Positions 46,539-57,055 are shown, counted from the first letter of the stretch. The stretch is DNA of 64,000 nucleotides from Nitrospira sp. SB0677_bin_15 (GCA_009842645.1 VYFB01000068.1:10904-74903), one strand, 5' to 3'. Notes: generated by a model from the letters alone, not told the origin. Translations and numbers: made by a program.

Positions 46539-47711
46539 TTACGAAGACGCCGGAAGAAAGCTCCCCTTCGAAGCCATCTCGACAGCCTGTTCATAAGGGA
46601 GAACGGTAATGTTTCCGACCTTGAGCACCCGTTTGCCTCGATAGACCCCAAAGGCCTGCCGGATATCGCCTGACCGTAGCAGGACATTCAGCCCTTTATT
46701 GAATCGTTCTTTCCAGGTACAGGAAGATTTTATTTCAAAGCCGACCGCCTGCCTGCCTCTTTTCCAAATCAGATCCACTTCGTTGCCGGATTCCGTGCGC
46801 CAGTAAAAAAACTGCGCTCCGTGAGAGCGCCACGAATTGAGCGCCCTGAATTCATTGAGGATAAAGGTTTCAAACAGGACGCCTACATCAATCTCTGATG
46901 GCTTGTCCCGGTGCAAACCCGCCAAAGCCCGCTGCACCCCGGAATCAAAAAGATAGAATTTGGGATGGGCGACTTCCTTGATTTTGGCTTTGTTACGGTA
47001 GGCAGGTAAGTACCAGCCCAGCAGCGTGTCTTCGAGGATACTGAAATATCCCTGGACCGTAGACCGGGCGACGCCCACGTCCCTGGCGACGTTGGTGATG
47101 TTCAATAGCTGCCCGTTCATCAGGGCGGCGACGGAGAGAAACCGGTAGAAACTGTCGAGATTTCTGACGAGGGCTTCCTGCTGAATTTCCTCTTTCAGGT
47201 AAGTCTCGACGTACGCATCCAGAAATTCAATTTTCTCTTCGCTGGTGGCCGACGTGACGCTCAAGGGCAATTGCCCGTAGCGCAAGACGTCCGGCAACCT
47301 GAAGTCCTCGCCGATCTCAAGCATGCTCAACGGAAACATCCTCTTTGACAAGGCCCGGCCCGCCAGCATGTTGGCATGGGACCTCTTGAGTTTCCGGGCG
47401 CTCGAACCGGACAGGGCAAACCGATAGCCGTGCCGGCTCTCGAACAACAGGGCATGAACCTCATCCAATAATTCTGGAAGCTTTTGTATCTCGTCGATAA
47501 TGATCCAGGCCTTCTTGTTTCTCAGTGCCGCCACTTCCTGGGCAAGCAGGGACGGGTCTCGTTTGTATCGAAGATATTCATCGGATTTCAGCAGGTTGAT
47601 ACTCAAGGCCGCATGGCCGAGACGTTGATCCAGCCACACGGATTTCCCCGTCCCTCGCGGGCCGAAGAGAAAAAAACTTTTTTCAGGTAGCGTGAGTATG
47701 CGAGAGTACAT
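46539..47711 (-). CDS. AAA ATPase with DUF4143-type C-terminal region (second copy of this architecture)
   Basis: 390 aa. Walker A FGPRGTGKS, Walker B IIIDEIQ, C-terminal EVDLIW...FEIKS. Confidence 0.8.
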   Translation of the reverse strand: MYSRILTLPEKSFFLFGPRGTGKSVWLDQRLGHAALSINLLKSDEYLRYKRDPSLLAQEVAALRNKKAWIIIDEIQKLPELLDEVHALLFESRHGYRFALSGSSARKLKRSHANMLAGRALSKRMFPLSMLEIGEDFRLPDVLRYGQLPLSVTSATSEEKIEFLDAYVETYLKEEIQQEALVRNLDSFYRFLSVAALMNGQLLNITNVARDVGVARSTVQGYFSILEDTLLGWYLPAYRNKAKIKEVAHPKFYLFDSGVQRALAGLHRDKPSEIDVGVLFETFILNEFRALNSWRSHGAQFFYWRTESGNEVDLIWKRGRQAVGFEIKSSCTWKERFNKGLNVLLRSGDIRQAFGVYRGKRVLKVGNITVLPYEQAVEMASKGSFLPASS

Positions 47712-47800
47712 GTCGTCAATTCCGTTAAATTTACCGTAAAAATAACGGAATCACCGGCAATCGTCAATCACTCAGACCGTGCAACACATCAAATGGTCAT

Positions 47801-47930
47801 CTTCGATCCCCGATTACGAACGTCGGGGACAGGCTATTTTTAATCGAGGATCCAGCGTCTTAGCTTTTTCTTCTGTAGTGGTAGCTGCGCCCTCCCTGTT
47901 CAAAGACAGGGACATGCCTCATGGCGCATT
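47801..47930. repeat. Block of gatccccgat/cggggac, ttaatcgaggatcca and gtagctgcgc motifs
   Basis: Shares the three sub-motifs with the 21253-21590 composite. Confidence 0.5.
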
Positions 47931-47931
47931 T

Positions 47932-47971
47932 CTCCCTCTCCCCAAGGTGGGAGAGGGCCGGGGTGAGGGGG
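47932..47971. repeat. Family A hairpin repeat (copy A4, reverse orientation)
   Basis: ctccctctccccaaggtgggagagggccggggtgaggggg. Confidence 0.75.
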
Positions 47972-47977
47972 CATCGT

Positions 47978-48445
47978 TCAGGCATCCAACTGACTGTCTT
48001 TCAAGTTGTCAATGTATCGCCTGTCCTCCGGAGTGGATAGACCACTAACAACAAGCCAGAAACAATATTTCTTTTCGCCGACAAGGTTTTTTATCTCGGG
48101 AAATTTATTCATTAAGCGGGCTAGGACCAGTAAGGAACCATAAACCTTTAAACAATTTTCCGTTTTCACTTTTTCATCGACGAAATTTTTCTGGTCATTG
48201 TCGTTTAAGTACTGAACCTCCCTTTTCCATCTCTTTATGCTTTTTAGTAATTGTGTCTCCTCAATAAGAAAAACTGAATCGTTGTTTGTCACAAAATAGT
48301 CGCAGCAAGCACATGTGCCCAAACCCGCGTCTTTCCTCATATCAGGTTGCGGTGAGTTGCCATCCATGCGATAGGCGCGGTGGATTTCACTTAGAGGCAT
48401 ATTAGCGAGTTCGATGGGTTCCAGGAATTTTTCAAGGGCAATCAT
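47978..48445 (-). CDS. Small partner protein of ATPase 2 (PD-(D/E)xK-like core, homologous to 24739-25308)
   Basis: 155 aa. ATGA overlap with the ATPase C-terminal ORF. Shared blocks QPDM, CDYFV and FLIEE with the other locus. AT-rich. Confidence 0.5.
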   Translation of the reverse strand: MIALEKFLEPIELANMPLSEIHRAYRMDGNSPQPDMRKDAGLGTCACCDYFVTNNDSVFLIEETQLLKSIKRWKREVQYLNDNDQKNFVDEKVKTENCLKVYGSLLVLARLMNKFPEIKNLVGEKKYCFWLVVSGLSTPEDRRYIDNLKDSQLDA

Positions 48446-49735
48446 AGCCCCTCCAAGTACAGATTGGAGAAGGGCTTGGTTAATTCCTGCTTGATCGCGG
48501 CTATTCTGATTTCAAAATCTTCATCGACCTCACGGCCATTGACAGGAAATTGGTTGAGTTCAACGAGTTGCTCGTCATCAGGATTTTTCTTTACGTGAAC
48601 TTCCAGCCACTTGAGTATGTCAGCACTGTGCGTGGCAATGACGACGTTCATGCCTTGGCGTGACAACTCGAAAAGAGTTTCCGCCATGATGACTTGCCAG
48701 GCCGGATGCAGATGCGCCTCCGGCTCGTCAATAAAAAGAAACGACCCTTTATCCAGTATCTTCCTCTCGATCAGCAGTGCCAGGATGCCGAGATTGGCAA
48801 TTCCCATGGCCGTAACGGGTAGAGAGAAATTGCGGCCATTTTCATGGAACGACAAATTGCCGGTTTCGGAAATTGCCATCTTTCCGCCAATGACATCGCT
48901 GCTGGTCAACCGTTCATACACAGCAGGGAACGCCATGTCTCCGGTGTATTCAAACTTCAATGCCCTGGCGAGATCATAGAAATATCCTGGAATACCGCTG
49001 CAACTGTTTTATCCCCGAGATATAGGTGTCGAATCTGATTTCTCCATTTGAAAATTCAAAACTTCCAAAGTCTTCTACGCTGACTTTCGATGAGGTATTT
49101 CCGTCACCTCTGAGATCAGAAATTTTTGTTACTTGAAAGTTTTGAATCAGGTTCCCCCGAATTTTGTACTGCATCCCAGCAACAATGAATTTTTTTGCAT
49201 TTGCTTGGTTGAGGGTTTTTTGCAATTCGGCCAAGGAACGTTTCATGTTTTCTAAAGCTACCGTCTTCCACGACCTTTCCTGGAATGGCGGAGGTTTATC
49301 AACAAGGCTAGAGGATCCCTTTTGCTCGTCCTCTGATTCGAATGACCCCGAAATACTTGCGGTCATCTCCTGCATCTTTTCCGTTTGGCTGATTAGCTTG
49401 GGAATCATTTGATCTAACTCGTCAATTGAAGCTCCCCTCGTAATATCTTTCAGTCTGTAAAATTCGGGCAGCATGGCACCTATTAAACGTGCTTGTATCG
49501 AGCCATCTCTCACCCATGGCTGCATCATCACCAAAGCATTCTCGGCCGGACTTACCAAATGATCCATATACGTCTCGGCAGGGTTGGCATTCATGGCGTC
49601 AAAAAGCGAATACAGGAGCTTGGAGACAAAGCTCTTCCCTGTATTGTTCGGTCCCGCAAACACGGTGAACCTTCCAATACGGAGTTCTGAATCGGCGAGT
49701 TTTCCGATATTTTTAATCTCGACTTTGAAGTTCAT
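48442..49735 (-). pseudogene. ABC-type ATPase (paralogue of 25305-26879) split by a frameshift
   Basis: N-terminal ORF 48974-49735 (Walker A FAGPNNTGKS) and C-terminal ORF 48442-48960 (Walker B FLFIDEPEAHL, IATHSAD) are in different frames. The switch lies within ~48960-49010. Confidence 0.65.
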
Positions 49736-49885
49736 GGCCTGTCAATTTATGTGCGAAAGCTGTGTCATGCAGCATGGGACTACCTCGGCAAATTTTTGCC
49801 GACACCAAAATTCAGTGATACGCGACCAGGATGAAGCATAAACGCCCTGTTTCCTCCAGACAAGCCTAACCTGCCTTTCCCTAAG

Positions 49886-49960
49886 CTGTCATTTTTGTAT
49901 GTGTTCAATCATTCGTTGACACCCCTCACCCCAGCCCTCTCCCGCCGTGGGGAGAGGGGG
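49886..49960. repeat. Family B motif plus family A hairpin (copy A5)
   Basis: gctgtcatttttgtatgtgttcaatcattcgttgac + cccctcaccccagccctctcccgccgtggggagaggggg. Inverted relative to A4. Confidence 0.8.
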
Positions 49961-50050
49961 TTCGCCTTTTCTTTTCTGCTGCCCTCGCCATTTTCAGCCA
50001 TGTCTCCGCCCGGTGGCCTTCGGGAACAGTCGCATGGTATAACCTCAACC

Positions 50051-50743
50051 ATGAGAGCGTGCGATTCCTGCGAACAACAGAATCCTGATGATGCCCGGTT
50101 CTGCCTGCGTTGCGGCAAGGAGTTTCCTGCGGAAGCAGCGGCTGAGGCTGAGACCGGGACGGATCAGGAGGAGCAGTATTGGCGGACGTTGATCGGTCCC
50201 GGGAGATGTATCCAGTTCACGTTGACGAGCGGCTGGTCGTGGAAACCCGCGTGGGACTATTACCGGCGTGCGTTTCAACGGTTTCACACCGCACAAGGCC
50301 CCCGCTTTTCGCTCACGTGGAACTGGGCCCCGTTTTTGGTCGAACCCTTTCTCTGGTTTCTGTATCGCAAAATGTACCTGTTTGCGTTCGTGTACTTTAT
50401 CGGCCCCATCGTGTCCGTGTTTATCACCAGCGATATCACGGTGCCGATTGTGTGGTCGATCATCGCCAGCGCGAGCGCCAATTACGTGTATTACTGGCAC
50501 CTGAGAGACCTGTTGTTGAAGGCAAAAGCCCGAACCGCCCTGGACCACGCAACCCGCATGCGTCAGCTCATGGATGAAGGCGGCGTACAATCTTATGTGT
50601 TCTGGTTGGTGGCGGCGTCATTCTTATTGAAGATCGGCGTCTTCTTTGCCGTGTTCGGCGAAGCGCCGCTCGAGGACGGGTTTCCCTTGCCTGACGGGGA
50701 GCCCGGCGGGGAGGAGACGGAGGGCCGCAGGATGTTCCTGTGA
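50051..50743 (+). CDS. Zinc-ribbon + DUF2628-like membrane protein
   Basis: ATG 50051 (MRACDSCEQQNPDDARFCLRCG). The NWAPFLVEPFLWFLYRKMY motif is typical of DUF2628. Upstream ORF sequence is repeat-derived. Confidence 0.6.
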   Translation: MRACDSCEQQNPDDARFCLRCGKEFPAEAAAEAETGTDQEEQYWRTLIGPGRCIQFTLTSGWSWKPAWDYYRRAFQRFHTAQGPRFSLTWNWAPFLVEPFLWFLYRKMYLFAFVYFIGPIVSVFITSDITVPIVWSIIASASANYVYYWHLRDLLLKAKARTALDHATRMRQLMDEGGVQSYVFWLVAASFLLKIGVFFAVFGEAPLEDGFPLPDGEPGGEETEGRRMFL

Positions 50744-50763
50744 CGGCCGTGAACGAATCGGGA

Positions 50764-51600
50764 TCAGTGGCCAGGCCCGGCCGGTTGCGACAGTTCCCAC
50801 CCGAACCATGATTGGAACCACTCATAATCGCTTTGGTAGGCCGTATGCGCCGTGGGCAGTCCGTCGTCGCTTTTCTCCTTCAACAGGGTATAGGTCCGGG
50901 GCCAGTTTTTGGTCCACCAGGATTTGAGTTCGCCCGGGGTAAACGGATGGTCATTGGGCTGACGAATGCCGGCGGCCGTAATCACATCGGTGAGCAGTGG
51001 CCAATAGCGGTCCTTCCCCAGGTTCAGGGTGCGAAAATGTTCACGGAGCAGAAACACGACCCATAACTCGGCACTGTGTTTCTTGTTGTGCTTAAAGGGT
51101 TGCGTCTGTCGCAGGGGAATGGGATCGAAGTCTTTGATGATCGAGGTATAGTCCGGTCCGCCGTAACTGCCCGCGACTTTGGCGATGTCCTGTAACATGT
51201 TGGCCAACTCGACCTCGACGATCGGGGAAGCCGAAGGTGCCGTTTGGCCGGCCAGGGGATTGGGCGTCGTCAAGAGGTCGATCAGGGGTTTGAGTTCGCG
51301 CAGGCGCGTCACTGCGGCATTGAGAATCTGCGCCGATTCCAACCAGTAGTCCGGATCGTGTTTGGAGACGCGTTCACGACCCGGCGGGGGCAACACGATG
51401 GGGATCCAATGGCGCACCAGGACGAACAGGATGTACGGCATGTCCCCATCGACTTCCGCCACGCGGTCCAACACGTTGTGGGGCGTGACCGCGTTTTCAA
51501 AGAACTGCTCGACTTTCTCCTCGATGTTGAGCCGTTGCGCCAGCGTGATCCACCACCGGGCATCGAGGCGAGGTCGGTCGGGTTGAGTCATAGGCGGCAT
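50764..51600 (-). CDS. Hypothetical protein
   Basis: 278 aa from ATG 51598-51600 (MPPMTQPDRP...). No recognised domain. The track's longer ORF reads through the I/H repeat. Confidence 0.5.
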   Translation of the reverse strand: MPPMTQPDRPRLDARWWITLAQRLNIEEKVEQFFENAVTPHNVLDRVAEVDGDMPYILFVLVRHWIPIVLPPPGRERVSKHDPDYWLESAQILNAAVTRLRELKPLIDLLTTPNPLAGQTAPSASPIVEVELANMLQDIAKVAGSYGGPDYTSIIKDFDPIPLRQTQPFKHNKKHSAELWVVFLLREHFRTLNLGKDRYWPLLTDVITAAGIRQPNDHPFTPGELKSWWTKNWPRTYTLLKEKSDDGLPTAHTAYQSDYEWFQSWFGWELSQPAGPGH

Positions 51601-51726
51601 GACGGTTGTCTCGGAGACGTGATTCTGTCTGGAACTGACGGGGAGCGGGACGTGCTTGGCATGGTACGGGGTGCGGCAGAGCAAAGCAAGGGGAGAGCAC
51701 CGGGTGGTCTGTAGGGGCGAACCGGA

Positions 51727-51850
51727 GCCTGCCCTGAGCGTCCTTCGACTCCAAGCGCGTAGTGCCTTACGCTCAGGATGCACGGAGAAGTCCCCCGCTC
51801 GTCCTGAGCGTAGCGGAGCGAAGTCGAAGGAAGCGAATGGGTGTTCGCCC
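51727..51850. repeat. Composite family I + family H repeat (copy 2)
   Basis: gcctgccctgagcgtccttcgactccaagcgc...gctcaggatg, then cctgagcgtagcggagcgaagtcgaagg. Confidence 0.7.
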
Positions 51851-51872
51851 GGTTCGCACATAAGGAGGGAGC

Positions 51873-52478
51873 ATGAAACACGTCGTCCTGATTCGCCACG
51901 GTGAATCACAATGGAATCTCGAAAACCGGTTTACCGGGTGGATGGACGTCCCCCTTAGCTCCAGGGGTGAACAGGAAGCGCGGGAAGCCGGGGAGAAACT
52001 CCGGGCTTTCCAGTTTGATCATGCCTTTACCTCCGTGTTGACGCGGGCCATCAGGACCTTGGAGATCGTGTTGGACGTCATCGGACAATCCGGGCTGCCG
52101 GTCGAACGACACCAGGCGTTGAACGAACGTATGTACGGCGAATTGCAAGGCCTCAATAAGGCCGAAACGGTAAAACAATACGGAGAGGCCCAGGTGAAAT
52201 TGTGGAGAAGAAGTTACGACGTGCGCCCCCCGGGCGGAGAAAGTCTCAAGGACACGGCCGACCGCGTGTTGCCTTATTACCGGGAACACATATGGCCCCG
52301 CCTGGCCAAGGACGAGACGCTCCTGGTCGTGGCCCACGGCAACAGCCTGCGCGCCCTTGTCATGCACCTCGACCGGCTCTCGCGCGAAGACGTGCTCGAA
52401 CTCAACATCCCCACCGGCGCCCCGCTGCTGTATGAACTGGACGATCAGGGACATGCCGTCTCGCATCGGTATTTGTAA
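51873..52478 (+). CDS. gpmA: 2,3-bisphosphoglycerate-dependent phosphoglycerate mutase (short form)
   Basis: [18 protein letters not shown] histidine-phosphatase motif. AAGGAGG upstream of ATG 51873. Confidence 0.85.
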   Translation: MKHVVLIRHGESQWNLENRFTGWMDVPLSSRGEQEAREAGEKLRAFQFDHAFTSVLTRAIRTLEIVLDVIGQSGLPVERHQALNERMYGELQGLNKAETVKQYGEAQVKLWRRSYDVRPPGGESLKDTADRVLPYYREHIWPRLAKDETLLVVAHGNSLRALVMHLDRLSREDVLELNIPTGAPLLYELDDQGHAVSHRYL

Positions 52479-52628
52479 CCCTCCGTTTTCCCATCTGTTG
52501 CCAGGGACATCACAAAAGAACAACTCAGCAAGGTCAGGAACGAAACATGTAAGAATGAGCCTGGAGCTACAGCGGGCCTTTGGGTTGAGAAGGGAAAAAG
52601 CCACGAAGTTCCAACCCAGCTATGCTGC

Positions 52629-53345
52629 TTAGGGCCACAGGTGATATCTTAGGGCAAATATCCAAGTATCACTGGGGTTGTCCCCGTGGATTTTCCTGTA
52701 ATTGAAGTTGATTCCGAGGTTCGCATGAACTCGGCGCTCCAGTGTAAACCACAGCATGTTGTTCTCGTATTGACCGGTCGAGAAGTTGGCTACGAAGCCG
52801 TCAAGCTCCCACTTGGGCCACGGCAGGGTCCGTATCCCGACCTCAGCATAGTGACCGTCCCCTATCTCGGTGTCGACGATTCCGAATCCGGGGACTTTGA
52901 CGTCCGTTTCCGAATTCGCGTAGCCCAACCGGTACTGTAAGGTCATGCCCTCACCGATGCGCTGCTTGACCCCCCCTCCCAGGAGGTAGCCTCTGCGCTC
53001 TCCTTTAACGCCGGGGGCAACATCGCCAAGATCAATGGTAGTTCCCTGGTAGCCGCCGAAAACGTGGAACGGTTCCGCGACCTCGAAACTGAAGCCCAGA
53101 GTCAGCCCCTCAGAGCCCTGATGGGTGTTCGACACCTCATACTCCAGACTGACGTAGGTGTAGGAAACTTCTGTGTAGTATGCAGGAAACTTCTGTGTAG
53201 GAGAAACTTCTTCGAGTTCGGGCTCTTCTGCCTTGGCTATCTGTCCCGCGCTGGCCAGTACCAAGGCAAGGCTCATGCCCAGAACCAACGCCGCTCCGCT
53301 GATCTTCTCTGAATCTTTCAGCCACATGATCGTCCTTCTTCTCAC
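52629..53345 (-). CDS. Outer-membrane beta-barrel protein
   Basis: Signal peptide (...ALVLASAGQIAKAEE), alternating-hydrophobicity strands, and a C-terminal aromatic end (YHLWP). Confidence 0.6.
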   Translation of the reverse strand: MRRRTIMWLKDSEKISGAALVLGMSLALVLASAGQIAKAEEPELEEVSPTQKFPAYYTEVSYTYVSLEYEVSNTHQGSEGLTLGFSFEVAEPFHVFGGYQGTTIDLGDVAPGVKGERRGYLLGGGVKQRIGEGMTLQYRLGYANSETDVKVPGFGIVDTEIGDGHYAEVGIRTLPWPKWELDGFVANFSTGQYENNMLWFTLERRVHANLGINFNYRKIHGDNPSDTWIFALRYHLWP

Positions 53346-53643
53346 TTCACTCGGTCTTTTCCGCCTGAGCCCAAGACGCCCTCGACGTGATCATCATCCC
53401 GCTTGCTGCATGATTTTGATCCAGTCTAAAATAAGGGGCTGTTCTAGCTAAAGGTTAATGGTGTGCGTGTTTAGACCAGATTCGAAGCTGCCTTAAAATG
53501 AGTTTGGTGATTGGCCCATTGGATATACGCTCGGTTATCCCAAACGTTTTGCTTAGTTGGTTATGTTTCGCCCCGATTACCCCGTAACATTTTTTGTCGG
53601 TTTTGGCAATCATCTCCCTGCCGTTTGTGCGCCGCGGACTTCT

Positions 53644-54141
53644 CTATCTCAGGGTTTCCTCCAGTTCGGCGACGAGTTCGCCGATCTCGTCGATCGGGAC
53701 CAGGTCGAGCAAAACCGCCAGCATGTTTTGCCGGGAGTGGGAGGCAATGACGTGATCGTCCTCGAGCCCCTCTGCTGCGTCACTTAAGACCGCAATGGGT
53801 TCCCCGCCCTGTTGCGTGATGTCTTCCCAGGTCCGGTGCTTGCGTTCCATCGCGGCATAAAACTCATCGATGGGAACGTGGACCAGCCCGAACCGGCTGC
53901 CCCATTTTTCATGGACCTGCTCATGAATGGCTTGGTGCATCCGGCTGCAAACGGGTTCGGGAATACTCACGCGTACGGCGCAGGTGATCCAATACAGACT
54001 CAGGGCTAACAGTTCTTTGGTGACGGCTTGCGCCTGTTGAGCGGTGAAGGTCAGTCCGTACTCTTCGAGGAAATCGGGGGCGACGGACGGAGGGATGAGT
54101 TGAACAAGAGCTTTCGCGGTTTCCTGGGCTTGTTCAGTCAT
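53644..54141 (-). CDS. Hypothetical protein
   Basis: 165 aa from ATG 54139-54141 (MTEQAQETAK...). No recognised domain. Confidence 0.45.
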   Translation of the reverse strand: MTEQAQETAKALVQLIPPSVAPDFLEEYGLTFTAQQAQAVTKELLALSLYWITCAVRVSIPEPVCSRMHQAIHEQVHEKWGSRFGLVHVPIDEFYAAMERKHRTWEDITQQGGEPIAVLSDAAEGLEDDHVIASHSRQNMLAVLLDLVPIDEIGELVAELEETLR

Positions 54142-54261
54142 GGCATGTTCGGGTGAGGGCTTCTGCCGATCGCCTGCGCAGCATACGCAGCAGGGCGTGA
54201 TTGAGGCAAGCGCTTCGCTTGACACTGAAACTTGGCGAATGCCACGCTTCACACGTGCAGG

Positions 54262-54288
54262 CTGTAGGGGCGGACCCCTGTGTCCGCC
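54262..54288. repeat. Family G GC-hairpin (copy G1)
   Basis: tgtaggggcggacccctgtgtccgccc, stem ggggcggac/gtccgcccc. Confidence 0.75.
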
Positions 54289-54317
54289 CTCTCAAGGAAA
54301 GGGGCGTTGACGGGTTG

Positions 54318-54701
54318 ATGGCAGACCTCTTCATGGGTTTGACGAGCTTGGCTTGGGGGTTGGCCGGGCTGATAGTAGCCGTTGTGCCCGCCGTGGCGCT
54401 CGTTTGGGCCAAGCCGATTCTCCTGGACCCCTGGCCACGCTTCTGGTTCGGGCAGACGATCCTGCTGTTCGGGTTGTTGTTGATGATCGGCACTACGGCT
54501 CTCAAGGGGTTTTGGGTCTGGGCGGCGTGCGGCGCGCTGGCCACGATCAAGGCCTGTCTGTTGCTGGGGGCCCCGGTGTCGTGGCGGGAACGGGTGTTGC
54601 GATGGCTCGGCACGTGGCCGCCGTGGCTGTACCGGGTCGGCGGGACAGTCGACCTGGCCCTGGCGATTGGGTTGACCGCAGACCTCATGCTCCATGGCTG
54701 A
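54318..54701 (+). CDS. Small integral membrane protein
   Basis: 127 aa from ATG 54318, with four hydrophobic segments. Confidence 0.5.
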   Translation: MADLFMGLTSLAWGLAGLIVAVVPAVALVWAKPILLDPWPRFWFGQTILLFGLLLMIGTTALKGFWVWAACGALATIKACLLLGAPVSWRERVLRWLGTWPPWLYRVGGTVDLALAIGLTADLMLHG

Positions 54702-54711
54702 GAAGGACGCC

Positions 54712-55008
54712 ATGATTTCATCGAATGAGCAGGACCTGACCAGATTGTGGGATATCCATCAGGCGGCGGAATGGCCGGTCGGGGTGGGCTTCCATGAAGG
54801 TGAACTCATGACCCTGGATACGGTCGTCAGCGGGTGCGCCGCCTATTATTTTGAAGAACGTGAACTCGACCCGCAGCGCGTGGCGATCCTTGAAGATTGC
54901 CTGTCCGACCTGGAGGCCGTCCTGCCGGAATTGAGCGAAGCCTCCTTGGACTATTTCGAGCGGGTCAAGCAATTGGGCGGGTTGCTGCTGGAAACGGGTC
55001 GCCGGTGA
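54712..55008 (+). CDS. Hypothetical protein
   Basis: ORF 54694-55008. ATG 54712 avoids overlap with the previous gene. The stop overlaps the next ATG (TGATG). Confidence 0.4.
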   Translation: MISSNEQDLTRLWDIHQAAEWPVGVGFHEGELMTLDTVVSGCAAYYFEERELDPQRVAILEDCLSDLEAVLPELSEASLDYFERVKQLGGLLLETGRR

Positions 55009-56009
55009 TGAAACGTGCAGGGAACAACGATCGTTGTTCCCTACTGGCAATAGCATCCGTCGTTCTTTGCTTCATCCTGTCAACGGGGACCACGGCAACG
55101 GGCGCGGAGTTCACGTTCATGGCCCTGGGCGACATGCCCTATGGCTCGCGTGAGCAAGCCTACCCTGCGTACAAGGCGTTGATCGCGGCGATCAACCGCC
55201 GGGCGCCCGTCTTTACCATCCACGTCGGCGACACCAAGTCGGGCCTGGACGGCTGCTCCGACGAACTGCTGCTGGAGCAGCGGGATTTCATGAACAGTTT
55301 CACGTCGGCCCTTATCTACATCCCCGGGGACAACGAGTGGACCGACTGCCATCGCTTGCTGGCCGGTGCGTATGATCCGCTCGAACGGCTGGCATTCATC
55401 CGCAGGCACTACTTCCCGGCGGACGAGAGTCTCGGCGGGCAACCGATGCGTCTTGAGCGTCAGGCGGACGTGATGCCCGGCTTCGAGCCGTTTGTGGAAA
55501 ACAGCCGGTTCAAGTGGAGAGGCGTGTGGTTTATGACCGCGCACGTGGTCGGCTCCAACAACAATCTCGATGACGCCGCGGATTCTGATGCGACTCGAGA
55601 ATTCCTTCCACGTGACGAGGCGAATCGAGCGTGGCTGGCAGACTCGTTTGACAAGGCGATGGCTGCTGACGCCGGGGCCGCGGTCATCGCTATTCATGCC
55701 GACATGTTCGGGGACGGGTTCAATCCGGATGAGGAATCCTTTGCCCGCGTTTCAGGCTTCAAGGCTTTCGGAGAAACGCTTGCCGCGAAGGCCCGGTCCT
55801 TCCGGAAACCGGTCCTGCTGCTGTTCGGGGACAGTCACACGTTCCGAATCTTTCACCCCTTTCCTCGCTTGGCCGGTAACCTGATTGCCGTGGAGGTGTA
55901 CGGCGGAGAACACATGCACGCTGTAGAGGTCACGGTGGATCCGGGTGTGGCTCCCATATTCACGTTCAAGCCCGTGCGGAACCCCGCTTTGCCCTTGCCC
56001 ATTGATTGA
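55008..56009 (+). CDS. Secreted calcineurin-like metallophosphoesterase
   Basis: Signal peptide, then FMALGDMPYG, HVGDTKSG, PGDNEWTDC motifs. Confidence 0.7.
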   Translation: MKRAGNNDRCSLLAIASVVLCFILSTGTTATGAEFTFMALGDMPYGSREQAYPAYKALIAAINRRAPVFTIHVGDTKSGLDGCSDELLLEQRDFMNSFTSALIYIPGDNEWTDCHRLLAGAYDPLERLAFIRRHYFPADESLGGQPMRLERQADVMPGFEPFVENSRFKWRGVWFMTAHVVGSNNNLDDAADSDATREFLPRDEANRAWLADSFDKAMAADAGAAVIAIHADMFGDGFNPDEESFARVSGFKAFGETLAAKARSFRKPVLLLFGDSHTFRIFHPFPRLAGNLIAVEVYGGEHMHAVEVTVDPGVAPIFTFKPVRNPALPLPID

Positions 56010-56069
56010 CTGGTCAAAACCCCTATGCTACGTTTTTTGTTCAATCTGAAACATGAGTAGACGAACCCT

Positions 56070-56984
56070 ATGGAAAAAGACCTGAAAAGCATTCTGGGTA
56101 AACTGCAATACACCGACGATGCCAAGGTCGTTCAGCAGATCACCCAGCAAACCCGGCAGGTACAGGACCGCATGGCGGGGATCAAGCACAAGATTGTGGT
56201 GATGAGCGGCAAGGGCGGTGTCGGGAAAAGCATGACCACGGTCAATTTGGCCTTGGCCTTGGGACGGCAAGGCCACAGGGTCGGGATCATCGACGTGGAT
56301 CTGAACGGGCCGTGCGTGCCCCGTATGATGGGGATTCTGGGCAAGGGGCTTGAGGTTACGCCGGACGGGGCGCGGCCGCCGGAAGGGCCATACGGCATCA
56401 AAGTGGCGTCCATGGATTTCTTGCTCAATGAGACGGCTCCCGTGCGATGGAAAGGCCCGATGGATTTGAGTCCCGTGTGGCTCGGGCTCATGGAAATGAA
56501 CGTGATCCGCGAGTTCCTGGCTGATATTCTCTGGGGCGACCTGGATTATCTGTTGGCCGATCTCCCCCCGGGCGCCGCAGCAGATAAGCCGCCGGTCATC
56601 GCCGGATTCCTACCGGACCTGGCCGGCGCAGTGGTGGTCACGACGCCGTCGGAAGTGGCTTCGAACGTGGTGCAGAAGTCGATCGGCTATGCCACGGAAC
56701 TGGGGATCACGATCTTGGGCGTGGTCGAAAACATGAGCTACTACCGGTGCCCGTCATGTGGCGCAGAGAATGAGCTGTTCGAAGGCAACACCGAGGGCAT
56801 GTGCGAAGCGCTCAACCTGCCGTTGTTGGGCCGTATTCCCTTTGACCGGAACTTTGCGAAGACGTTCGATAAAGGGACGCCGTTGTTGGATGGGGAGTAC
56901 CCCACGAACCGGCGCTATACGGATATTGTCGGCCGCATCCAGTCGATGTTGGATTACAAAAGAGTGCTGGCCGAAAATTTGTAG
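56070..56984 (+). CDS. apbC: Mrp/NBP35-family Fe-S cluster carrier ATPase
   Basis: VMSGKGGVGKSMTTVNLA deviant Walker A, and a CPSCG cysteine pair. Confidence 0.9.
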   Translation: MEKDLKSILGKLQYTDDAKVVQQITQQTRQVQDRMAGIKHKIVVMSGKGGVGKSMTTVNLALALGRQGHRVGIIDVDLNGPCVPRMMGILGKGLEVTPDGARPPEGPYGIKVASMDFLLNETAPVRWKGPMDLSPVWLGLMEMNVIREFLADILWGDLDYLLADLPPGAAADKPPVIAGFLPDLAGAVVVTTPSEVASNVVQKSIGYATELGITILGVVENMSYYRCPSCGAENELFEGNTEGMCEALNLPLLGRIPFDRNFAKTFDKGTPLLDGEYPTNRRYTDIVGRIQSMLDYKRVLAENL

Positions 56985-57008
56985 GGGCGGACCTGCGTGT
57001 CCGCCCCA
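56981..57008. repeat. Family G GC-hairpin (copy G2)
   Basis: gtaggggcggacctgcgtgtccgcccca. The TAG within it (56982-56984) is the apbC stop codon. Confidence 0.75.
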
Positions 57009-57055
57009 TTGAACTCAGAGGTTCCTTACCTTTAACTTTCCCGCGTGAGGCCACT

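Noticed and set aside
51601-51909. N-terminal 103 codons of ORF 50764-51909, which overlap the gpmA start.
   Set aside because: They read through the second copy of the I/H repeat. The ATG at 51600 gives a compact gene.
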